A DNA stretch of 64,000 bases from Candidatus Tayloriibacteriota bacterium. GTDB lineage: Bacteria; Patescibacteriota; Minisyncoccia; Phycocordibacterales; SIBU01. Location of the stretch: assembly GCA_009695005.1 (NCBI GenBank), contig SIBU01000001.1:77-64076 (forward strand). The letters are read 5' to 3'. Within the stretch, counting starts at the first letter, position 1; every line of letters starts with the position of its first letter. The position numbers and the translations under genes are program-made. A model generated the notes under the pieces. The model was not told the DNA's origin. It worked only from the letters and a program-made list of their open reading frames with translations, and did no database searches. Shown here piece after piece: positions 1-7,828 of this stretch.

Positions 1-398
1 CAAGCGAGGAGGCTTCCAAGTTGCGCCCTGACTACAGTATGAGTCAGGGCGCAAAGGCTATTATTGCTCGTGTGCGCGAACCAAATGTTGGAAAAAAGTT
101 TGTGATGTTCGTGCTTCCAGCAGATAAAAAATTTGATGCAAAAAAGATTAAAGAGCAGTTTGGTTTGGTTGACATTAGCTTTGCAAATGAGTCTCAGGTA
201 GGGGAGATAACAGGGGGTGTACTTCCAGGTGGAGTTCCTCCGTTTGGAAATCTCTTCGGTCTCGACGTAATCATGGATAAGGGTGTTCTGGACAATGAAA
301 AAATTATTTTCAATGCTGGAGACCGATCATTTTCAGTTGCAATGTTTTCCAAGGACTATGTCACTTTGGTGAATCCAAAAATTGGTTCAATCACCTGA
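1..398 (+). CDS. YbaK/EbsC-type aminoacyl-tRNA editing (deacylase) domain protein, 5' end outside window
   Basis: The frame is open from the window edge. ...GEITGGVLPGGVPPFGNLFG...IIFNAGD... fits the YbaK/ProX editing-domain pattern. TGA stop at 396-398. Confidence 0.6.
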   Translation, partial: SEEASKLRPDYSMSQGAKAIIARVREPNVGKKFVMFVLPADKKFDAKKIKEQFGLVDISFANESQVGEITGGVLPGGVPPFGNLFGLDVIMDKGVLDNEKIIFNAGDRSFSVAMFSKDYVTLVNPKIGSIT

Positions 399-522
399 TC
401 GCATGCACTCACTCTAGTGGCCGACTTTTCCTTTATAAAAAATAATAAAATATAGCTAGGGGATAGAGGATTGTGATGTTTGATATTTGAAGGTAAAATA
501 TTGTAACTTGAATGAATTTGGT

Positions 523-1374
523 ATGAATTTATTAAGAACAGGATTTATAAAGAGGGTTTTGCAATTTTTATGTCTGTTTGTTGTGGTTATATTAGTCTGG
601 CAGTGTTTTAAAAAGGTTCCAATTGTGGGGGATTGGCAGGATAATTTGTCTTTAGCTTCCACTGCGGAATTTAGCGGAGATTTGGTAACTGTGAGAAACG
701 TTAGGAATTTTAGATATTATCCAACTAAAGATGACATGCATCCTGGGTATTATGATAGAACTTACGACCTTACACAGTTGAAGAAAGTTTGGTTTATTGC
801 TGAACCTTTTAACGAGAATCAGTTGGCGGCGCACACCTTTGTGTCGTTTGAATTTAATAATGGAGATTTTTTGGCAATCAGTATTGAGGCGCGCCGGACA
901 AAATCGCAGACGTATAGTATGTGGAGTGGCATGTTTAATTCCTATCCACTTATTTACGTTGCGGTAGATGAACGTGATGCCGTACTTTTGAGGGCCAATT
1001 TACGAAAAGATAAGGTTTATGTTTATCCTGTGAAATTGGAGAAAAGCGAAAATGCCAAATTATTGCTTGTGGATATGCTTAAGAGGATGAATGAATTGAC
1101 CTCTGTCAAACCTGCTTGGTATAACACGTTTTTTGCCAATTGCACTTCAAGTATCGCGAAGCATATTAATAATGTATCCCCTGGACGAATCTCGATGCTT
1201 TCATGGCAGTTGTGGTTGACCGCCTCTGCCGATGAACTGGCTATAAATCACGGCCTTTTGGACACCGACCTATCAATTGATGAGGCAAGAATTAGATTTT
1301 CTATTAACGAAGTATCCCAAAAAATAGGTGATATCTCAGATTATTCAGCGGAAATTAGACGGTTTTTGGATTGA
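523..1374 (+). CDS. Membrane-anchored DUF4105/Lnb-like domain protein
   Basis: Long ORF; ATG 523 preferred over TTG 487. N-terminal TM helix (LQFLCLFVVVILVW). FRYYP...WFIAEPF...AHTFVSFEF...IEARR resembles DUF4105. The family call is from memory only. Confidence 0.5.
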   Translation: MNLLRTGFIKRVLQFLCLFVVVILVWQCFKKVPIVGDWQDNLSLASTAEFSGDLVTVRNVRNFRYYPTKDDMHPGYYDRTYDLTQLKKVWFIAEPFNENQLAAHTFVSFEFNNGDFLAISIEARRTKSQTYSMWSGMFNSYPLIYVAVDERDAVLLRANLRKDKVYVYPVKLEKSENAKLLLVDMLKRMNELTSVKPAWYNTFFANCTSSIAKHINNVSPGRISMLSWQLWLTASADELAINHGLLDTDLSIDEARIRFSINEVSQKIGDISDYSAEIRRFLD

Positions 1375-1501
1375 TTTGTTGAAGCGGGTGTTTTTGTATT
1401 GGCAAACGGGTCTTTGTGGTAATTTCTTAGGTACAAGCCTTTTTTACCTTTGTATGGTAGACTATTGGAGTTATATTTTAATTAGTAGCTAATAATAATA
1501 T

Positions 1502-1759
1502 ATGGCAAAACAAAATTCTGCATTTATGATGCCGCTCACAGTGAGCGCAGATCTCGCGGTAGTTGTAGGTAAAGGTCCAATGCCTCGATCAGAAGTCGTT
1601 AAGAAGCTCTGGGTATACATTAAGGGAAAGAATCTTCAGGATCCAAAGAACAAGAGAAACATTGTAGCTGACCCCGCTTTAAAGAAAGTTTTTGGTGGCA
1701 AGGCTGTGGTAAATATGTTTGAAATGACAAAGCTTGTTTCAGTTCACTTGTCTAAATAA
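1502..1759 (+). CDS. SWIB/MDM2 domain protein
   Basis: 85 aa. LAVVVGKGPMPRSEVVKKLWVYIKGKNLQDPKNKRNIVADPALKKVFG matches the SWIB signature. Followed by a strong terminator. Confidence 0.8.
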   Translation: MAKQNSAFMMPLTVSADLAVVVGKGPMPRSEVVKKLWVYIKGKNLQDPKNKRNIVADPALKKVFGGKAVVNMFEMTKLVSVHLSK

Positions 1760-1790
1760 TCTTTTAAAGATTGTTTTAGAAAGATAACAA

Positions 1791-1826
1791 AATCCGTCCC
1801 AACGTAAGTTGGGGCGGATTTTGTAT
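1791..1826 (+). terminator. Rho-independent terminator after the SWIB gene
   Basis: 13-bp stem aatccgtcccaac / gttggggcggatt (one G-U pair) with a GTAA loop, followed by ttgtatt. Confidence 0.75.
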
Positions 1827-1845
1827 TAAGTTTTAAAGTATAGTT

Positions 1846-2071
1846 ATGAAAATAAATAATTATTTAAATTTCTTATTGGCAATAGTTATATCGTAGGTAG
1901 TGGGAATTATTTGGTTAATCTTTACGATTTCAGAGATTCCTGATTGGTATGCTTTGCCTGAAAAACCTGCCTAAAATCTTACGTTGTGTATCCTTGGCCC
2001 CGTTTGCACTGCTCTATATTTTTTGATGGGTATAAAAATTTATTTAGGATATAATTTACAATTCAAGTCTT
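1846..2071 (+). pseudogene. TspO/MBR (tryptophan-rich sensory protein) N-terminal remnant
   Basis: The ATG 1846 frame reads ...DWYALPEKPA*NLTLCILGPVCTALYFLMG..., with in-frame TAG (1894-1896) and TAA (1972-1974). Spacing KP-x15-LYFLMG is identical to the TspO motif WY..L.KP(W)W.PP.W.F...WT.LYxLM. It is cut off by the truB start after about 75 codons. Confidence 0.65.
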
Positions 2072-2881
2072 GTGAATAAATACGCTGTAATTTCAAAAAT
2101 TGTTGGGCAGACACCATTACAGGCGCTTGAGCTTTTTCGTTCTACAATTCCAGAACTTATGGATGTTTCTCTAACTTATGCCGGTCGTCTTGATCCGATG
2201 GCCTCCGGAAAACTTCTTATTCTCATTGGTAACGAATGTAAAAATAGAAAACAATATGACGGATTGGACAAGGAATATGAGTTTGAAATACTTTTTGGTT
2301 TCAAGAGCGATACGGGTGACGTCCTTGGTATGTCGGAAGAGTGTAGTAGTGATGTTCTGTTTTCTGAATATGAGTTAAAGAAAGTAACAAGGTCTTTCTT
2401 GGGCAATTTCAAGTCGCCATACCCCGTCTTTTCATCGAAGACGGTAGAGGGCAAACCGCTCTTTCATCATGCTGTGGAAAATAATCTCGGTGATATTACG
2501 ATTCCGATGATTAAAGGACGGATTTATCAAATCGCATTTTGTGGTATGCGAGAAGTGATTGCAGGTAAGTTGATTGAAAATATTCTTGAAAAGGTTTCAC
2601 TTCTGCGTGTAAATGATAGTGACACGCGAGTCGGGAGTGGATTTCGGAAAAATGAGATAGTCGAGAGGTGGAGGACATTCCAAGTTATTGAGGAAAAAAA
2701 GTTCGTGATTGCAAAGTTTAGGACAGTCGTAACTTCCGGTACCTATATCAGAACTCTTGCCTCACAAATAGCTGTTAAGCTCGGGACCTGCGGGTTGGCG
2801 TACTCAATTCACCGGACCAAGATCGGACGTTTTCGTTCATTTACAAAAAATTTGGGTTTTTGGCAGAGGACTTTTAATTAA
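2072..2881 (+). CDS. truB: tRNA pseudouridine synthase, TruB family
   Basis: GTG start. YAGRLDPMASGKLLILIG contains the catalytic Asp motif. LDKEYEFEILFGFKSDTGDVLG and TYIRTLASQIA fit the TruB pattern. Confidence 0.7.
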   Translation: MNKYAVISKIVGQTPLQALELFRSTIPELMDVSLTYAGRLDPMASGKLLILIGNECKNRKQYDGLDKEYEFEILFGFKSDTGDVLGMSEECSSDVLFSEYELKKVTRSFLGNFKSPYPVFSSKTVEGKPLFHHAVENNLGDITIPMIKGRIYQIAFCGMREVIAGKLIENILEKVSLLRVNDSDTRVGSGFRKNEIVERWRTFQVIEEKKFVIAKFRTVVTSGTYIRTLASQIAVKLGTCGLAYSIHRTKIGRFRSFTKNLGFWQRTFN

Positions 2882-2923
2882 AAGACTTTCAATTTAGACA
2901 AAAATGAAGTACTCTGTTGTTCT

Positions 2924-4390
2924 ATGGCTAAAGATGAAGTAATTTTCCGCTTCGAAGAAGCGAGTTTTGGATACGGACATAATAAGCCAATTTTGGAAGA
3001 AGTTGATTGTTCTGTGCGCCGTGGCTCCAAAGTCACAATTATGGGTCAAAATGGTGCTGGCAAGAGTACTATCTTCGCTCTTATCATTGGCACTCTTAAG
3101 TTAGAGTCGGGGAGAGTCATTGTTGGCCAGGATGTTTCTATTGCTACTGCAAGACAGGTAATTCCAAGGGACCAGTTAGATCTGACTGTTCGGGAGTTTT
3201 TTCTTAAATGTTTTAATAAAAAAATTTACGATATCGATCCAAGAATTGATGATGTGCTTGAAATAGTTAATTTGAAAGGTCATGAAAAAGTGCATGACAG
3301 AATTGTTAGAACTTTTTCTGGCGGACAGCAAGCCAGACTTTTGCTTGCCTCAGCGTTAATCCAGAATCCGGATTTATTGCTTCTGGATGAACCGACAAAT
3401 AATCTTGATAAGGCGGGCATTGCTCATCTCACTGACTTCCTAAAAAATTACAAAAAAACGGTAATCGTTATTTCTCACGATGCGGAATTTTTAAATGCTT
3501 TCTCGACGGGTGTTTTGTATTTGGATATTTTCACCAGAAAAGTAGAGCAGTATGCTGGAAACTATTTGGATGTGTCAGCCGAAATTATTGCTCGTGTGGA
3601 AAAAGAAAATCGTAAGAATGCTCAGCTTGCTAAAGAGATTCAGGAAAATAAGGACAAGGCCAACTTTTTTGCTCAGAAGGGAGGTCAAATGCGTCTTGTT
3701 GCTAAGCGAATGCGCGAGAAAGCTGAGGAACTTGAAGAAGAAAAAGTTGATATCAGAAGGGAGGATAAGACTATCAGATCGTTTATTATTCCCTCACAAC
3801 CAGAGTTGGTTGGTGAAATATTGAATATAGGCGCCTATTCTGTCAGAAATGCGAAAACACACAAATTTGTTTCTCGAAAGGCCAATATTTCTTTGCGTCG
3901 CAACAATCATTTGCTTTTGTCGGGACCCAATGGAATTGGTAAGAGCACCTTGCTTGAATCTATCGCTAGAGGTGAGGCTAAAGGTGTTGTAATCGCGGAA
4001 GGTGTCAGGGTAGGGTATTATCGTCAGGATTTTTCAACGCTCAATTTTGAAGATACAGTTTATGATTCACTTTTGGCGGTAATGGACAAACACATAGAGG
4101 AAAATATGCGTTCAACTGCTGCCGGTTTTCTAATTTCCAGTGAAATGATTCGCACAAAAATTGGCAGTTTGTCGGAGGGCCAGAAGGGTTTGGTGGCTTT
4201 TGCTAGACTTGTACTTCAAAAACCGGGACTTTTGATTTTGGACGAGCCGACCAATCATATTAACTTCCGACACATTCCGATTATCGCGGAAGCTCTCAAT
4301 AAATACGAAGGCGCAATGATTTTAGTTTCTCACGTGCCAGACTTTGTTAGTAAAATAAGGATTGATGAAATTTTGGATTTGGAGAAATAA
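2924..4390 (+). CDS. ABC-F family ATPase (two ABC cassettes, no TM domain)
   Basis: Cassette 1 has GQNGAGKST, SGGQQARLLLA and LLLDEPTNNLD. A charged linker follows (KENRKNAQLAKEIQENKDKA...). Cassette 2 has GPNGIGKST, LSEGQKGLVAFA and LILDEPTNHI. Confidence 0.85.
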   Translation: MAKDEVIFRFEEASFGYGHNKPILEEVDCSVRRGSKVTIMGQNGAGKSTIFALIIGTLKLESGRVIVGQDVSIATARQVIPRDQLDLTVREFFLKCFNKKIYDIDPRIDDVLEIVNLKGHEKVHDRIVRTFSGGQQARLLLASALIQNPDLLLLDEPTNNLDKAGIAHLTDFLKNYKKTVIVISHDAEFLNAFSTGVLYLDIFTRKVEQYAGNYLDVSAEIIARVEKENRKNAQLAKEIQENKDKANFFAQKGGQMRLVAKRMREKAEELEEEKVDIRREDKTIRSFIIPSQPELVGEILNIGAYSVRNAKTHKFVSRKANISLRRNNHLLLSGPNGIGKSTLLESIARGEAKGVVIAEGVRVGYYRQDFSTLNFEDTVYDSLLAVMDKHIEENMRSTAAGFLISSEMIRTKIGSLSEGQKGLVAFARLVLQKPGLLILDEPTNHINFRHIPIIAEALNKYEGAMILVSHVPDFVSKIRIDEILDLEK

Positions 4391-4441
4391 AGAATCGAAA
4401 TAACTTGCATTCTTGACTAAAACAGTTTATTGTTGATTTAT

Positions 4442-4978
4442 ATGAAAGATTTTAAACAAAACAGTAGGTTTGGAGGGGCGGGAAGAGGTGGTGATAGAGG
4501 AAATGACAGAGGGGGAGATCGAGGTGGCTTTAGAGGGGGAAATAGCTTCGGTAAGAGAGATTTTGGCGGACCTAAGGAGATGTTTGATGCTGTTTGTGCT
4601 AAGTGCAACAAGGGGTGTCAGGTACCTTTCAGGCCAAACGGTAAGAAACCCGTTTATTGTTTAGATTGTTTTGGCGATAGTAAGCCTCAAGGTCAGGATA
4701 ATAATTTTGATAGACCAGCCAGACCTGATTTTCAGAGAAGAGAATTTAATGCACCTCAGGTTTCAAGACCTGATAACAATGGAGAGATTGCAGAAATAAA
4801 AAGACAGTTAGTATCCATGAATATTAAATTGGACAGGTTGTTGCAAAAATCCGATACACCGATGAAGGCTGAGACAGTATCGCAACCAAAAGAGATGGTA
4901 TGTGAAGTGAATCCTAAAGTTGCTGAAGTTCCTAAGAAAGCGTCGTCCAGCAAAAAAGCTACCAGTAAAAAGAAATAG
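4442..4978 (+). CDS. CxxC-x17-CxxC zinc-finger protein with N-terminal RGG-rich and C-terminal Lys-rich tails
   Basis: CAKC followed by exactly 17 residues (NKGCQVPFRPNGKKPVY) and then CLDC. N-terminal tail GGAGRGGDRGNDRGGDRGGFRGG. ATG 4442 preferred over TTG 4430. Confidence 0.75.
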   Translation: MKDFKQNSRFGGAGRGGDRGNDRGGDRGGFRGGNSFGKRDFGGPKEMFDAVCAKCNKGCQVPFRPNGKKPVYCLDCFGDSKPQGQDNNFDRPARPDFQRREFNAPQVSRPDNNGEIAEIKRQLVSMNIKLDRLLQKSDTPMKAETVSQPKEMVCEVNPKVAEVPKKASSSKKATSKKK

Positions 4979-4987
4979 TCTCTAAAG

Positions 4988-5017
4988 AAAAAAACGAGCT
5001 AAAAGCTCGTTTTTTTC
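4988..5017 (+). terminator. Rho-independent terminator
   Basis: Stem acgagc / gctcgt with a taaaa loop, followed by T7. Confidence 0.7.
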
Positions 5018-5074
5018 TTTTAGTTCTCGGCAATTGTTAAAGTCTCAGCCTTGGGTTAATATAAAAACGATTTT

Positions 5075-6373
5075 ATGAAGAGAATTTCACAAATAAAGCA
5101 AGAGTTGTTTAACGCTGTAAGAGTCGGTTGGTTTTTGGCATATCATCACATAAGACGTTCAAGTAAGTGGACCACAGTCTTGATTGTTTTCATTATGACA
5201 TTAACTCTTCTTAATCTCGTTGTTGTCTCGGGGCTTTTGTTGGGCTTGATTACTGGATCTTTCGAAGCGTTTAAAGAAAGTTATTCCGGAGAGGTAATTG
5301 TTACTTCGGCGCCTCAACATGATTATATTGAAAATTCTCAAAACCTAATTTCCTATTTAAACAATCATCCAAATGTTAAGGCGACATCAGTAAGGTATGT
5401 TGCAGGTGCACAGCTTCTGGGTACACTTGCCGATCTTCCGGGAAAAGATGAAAGACCTAATAAAATTAGCATTAGGCTTGTTGGAATTGATCCGACCTCA
5501 GAGGAGGCTTTGACAGGATTTTCACGGTTTGTTGTAAAAGGAGAAACTTTGGTTGAAGGAGAAGAAGGATCCATTTTAATTGGAGCAAATATGATAAAGA
5601 AGTATTCATCGTTTGCTGATGCTAATATTCCAGGTTTGGATTTGCTTAATGATGTTGATGTGGGAAGTCGAATAAAAGTTACAATTTCGACGACGGGTGG
5701 AACTGTGATTAAAAAAGATTTCAGAATCAAGGGTATTGTTAAAAGTAAAGTCGACGAAATTTCAACTCGTGCTTTTATTACTGACAAGGAGTTGAAACGA
5801 TTGATTCCTGTTAACAAAGAAGAAGTTCAGGAAATAGCTATAAAAACTGATGATCTCTATGCCCCAATTTTGTCCAACGAGATTAAGTTCTTCATGGGTT
5901 CTTATTCGGCGAGAATACAGACAAGCGGAGAAGCCATTCCTTCCTTTTTAAGAAACATTGAGACAACAATGGGAGTCCTGGGAAACGCTCTTTCTTCATT
6001 CGCTCTTGTTGTGGCATCAATTACAATTTTTATTGTGGTGTTTATCAATGCAGTTACTAAAAGAAAATTTATCGGCATAATGAAGGGTATAGGCGTAAGT
6101 CCGATCGCCATTGAATTTTCATATATTTTCCAAGCGCTGTTTTATGGTGTGGTGGGCTCAATTGTCGGACTAATCATCACTTTCGGAGTTTTAAAACCGT
6201 ATTTTGCCGCTTACCCGATAAATTTTCCATTTTCCGATGGTATCTTGGTGGCGACACCGGAAAGTGCTGGTATCAGAGTAGTAATACTTCTTGTTGTAAC
6301 GTTAGCTGCAGGATATATTCCAGCCAAACTTATTGTAAGGAAAAATACACTTGATGCGATATTGGGTAGATAA
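5075..6373 (+). CDS. FtsX/MacB/LolC-type ABC transporter permease
   Basis: N-terminal TM, a large extracytoplasmic domain, then three C-terminal TMs (FtsX-like topology). The 11-nt gap to the downstream ATPase suggests coupling. Confidence 0.75.
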   Translation: MKRISQIKQELFNAVRVGWFLAYHHIRRSSKWTTVLIVFIMTLTLLNLVVVSGLLLGLITGSFEAFKESYSGEVIVTSAPQHDYIENSQNLISYLNNHPNVKATSVRYVAGAQLLGTLADLPGKDERPNKISIRLVGIDPTSEEALTGFSRFVVKGETLVEGEEGSILIGANMIKKYSSFADANIPGLDLLNDVDVGSRIKVTISTTGGTVIKKDFRIKGIVKSKVDEISTRAFITDKELKRLIPVNKEEVQEIAIKTDDLYAPILSNEIKFFMGSYSARIQTSGEAIPSFLRNIETTMGVLGNALSSFALVVASITIFIVVFINAVTKRKFIGIMKGIGVSPIAIEFSYIFQALFYGVVGSIVGLIITFGVLKPYFAAYPINFPFSDGILVATPESAGIRVVILLVVTLAAGYIPAKLIVRKNTLDAILGR

Positions 6374-6384
6374 TTTTAAATAAA

Positions 6385-7059
6385 ATGATACGTTCAGAAA
6401 ATTTAGTAAAAAAATATGGAAATGCTGATCTTGAACTTACCGTTTTGAAGAACTTAAATATTCAAATTGAGAAAGGTGAATTTGTTGCGATCATTGGACC
6501 TTCGGGAGCTGGTAAGTCCACGTTGCTGTATCAGCTTTCACTGCTTGATGTTCCGACCTCCGGTGGTATATATATCAATGGTAAAAATATGTCAGTGTTG
6601 CCAGAAAAAGAAAAAACGGAATTTCGTCTCCGTGAACTTGGATACGTTTTTCAAGATTATGCTTTGCTTCCTGAACTTACCGCTTTGGAAAATGTGGCAC
6701 TTCCTATGCTTATGCAAGGTCTTTCGTATTCCGATGCTGTTTTAAAGGCCAAGGTGGCATTGTCGACGGTTGGTCTTTCTGAAAAATTAGGTAATTTGCC
6801 TAGTCAACTTTCTGGGGGGCAACAGCAGAGAGTTTCTATTGCAAGGGCAATTGCTCATGGTCCGCATATTTTATTTGCCGATGAACCGACAGCTAATCTG
6901 GATTCCATAAGTGCCGAGCCTGTTATGGAAGCATTTTCTGAACTTCATAAAAGCGGACAAACAATTATTATGGTAACTCATGAGGTGGAATACGCGAGTA
7001 AGGCGGGAAGAATAATAACCTTAAAGGATGGTTTAGTTGTTTCTGATAAAAAAATATAG
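6385..7059 (+). CDS. ABC transporter ATP-binding protein (MacB/LolD-like)
   Basis: GPSGAGKSTLL (Walker A), LSGGQQQRVSIARA (signature), LFADEPTANLD (Walker B), VTHE (H-loop). Confidence 0.9.
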   Translation: MIRSENLVKKYGNADLELTVLKNLNIQIEKGEFVAIIGPSGAGKSTLLYQLSLLDVPTSGGIYINGKNMSVLPEKEKTEFRLRELGYVFQDYALLPELTALENVALPMLMQGLSYSDAVLKAKVALSTVGLSEKLGNLPSQLSGGQQQRVSIARAIAHGPHILFADEPTANLDSISAEPVMEAFSELHKSGQTIIMVTHEVEYASKAGRIITLKDGLVVSDKKI

Positions 7060-7074
7060 GAGCTAAATTATTTT

Positions 7075-7326
7075 ATGCCGTATTTTGTATATATTGTTGA
7101 ATGTTTCGATAACACTCTTTACTGTGGATCAACTAACGACCTGGAAAAGAGAGTTTCGAATCATAACTCTAAAAAGTCTGGCGCTCGTTACACCAGATCC
7201 AGACAGCCCGTTGTGTTAAAATATTTTGAGAAATTTGAAACCAAAAGTGAGGCGATGAAGAGGGAGTATGTGATTAAGCAATTATCAAGGCAAAAGAAGA
7301 TTGCTTTACTAGACAAGTTAATATAA
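7075..7326 (+). CDS. GIY-YIG nuclease superfamily protein (UPF0213-like)
   Basis: YFVYIVEC...LYCGSTNDLEKRVSNHN...GARYTRS...E fits the GIY-YIG pattern. 83 aa. Confidence 0.8.
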   Translation: MPYFVYIVECFDNTLYCGSTNDLEKRVSNHNSKKSGARYTRSRQPVVLKYFEKFETKSEAMKREYVIKQLSRQKKIALLDKLI

Positions 7327-7395
7327 TTTTTTCTAATTTAACTATTTAACTTGTGAATAGTCAAAATGTCCATAGAATTAGGCACCTTTTTAGGC

Positions 7396-7425
7396 TTGTC
7401 GCATAAGTGCTTTAGGGATTATAAT
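7396..7425 (+). promoter_or_regulatory. Candidate sigma70-type promoter for the cupin/GH130 operon
   Basis: TTGTCG (7396-7401), an 18-nt spacer, then TATAAT (7420-7425). Confidence 0.45.
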
Positions 7426-7472
7426 AGTAAGCATATAATTTGCTTAGCAGTTTCTCTTTTCCTGTTAAATAT

Positions 7473-7823
7473 ATGAATACAGAAAAAATATTTACTGAAA
7501 AACGTCCGTGGGGAGAATTTAGACAGTATACTGAAAATGAATCAGTAACTGTTAAGACTATTTTTGTTAAACACGGTGAAGGTTTGAGTTTGCAATATCA
7601 TCACAAACGCAGTGAATTTTGGAGAGTTATTTTTGGTAATCCAGAAATTGTTATAGGTCAGAAAAAAATTTACGCAAAAAAAGGGGATGAATTTGTAATT
7701 CCGACCGAAAAGGTTCATCGTCTTTCTGCACCTCATGATGATGTTGAAATTTTGGAAATCGCTAGTGGTCGTTTTGATGAGGGTGACATTGTGCGGTTAG
7801 AGGATCGTTATGGTAGATCCTGA
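7473..7823 (+). CDS. Cupin protein resembling the type II phosphomannose isomerase C-terminal domain
   Basis: RPWGEF...VKTIFVKHGEGLSLQYHHKRSEFWRVIFG...HRLSAP is the PMI type II cupin pattern. ATG 7473 preferred over TTG 7440. Confidence 0.7.
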   Translation: MNTEKIFTEKRPWGEFRQYTENESVTVKTIFVKHGEGLSLQYHHKRSEFWRVIFGNPEIVIGQKKIYAKKGDEFVIPTEKVHRLSAPHDDVEILEIASGRFDEGDIVRLEDRYGRS

Positions 7824-7828
7824 ATTAA

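Noticed and set aside
5365-5817. 150-aa minus-strand ORF. Similar long antisense ORFs occur at 26264-26743, 42424-42894, 51407-51778, 15838-16170, 19417-19767, 10881-11207 and 9384-9707
   Set aside because: Each lies fully inside a longer ORF with recognisable family motifs on the other strand. None has motifs or expression signals of its own.
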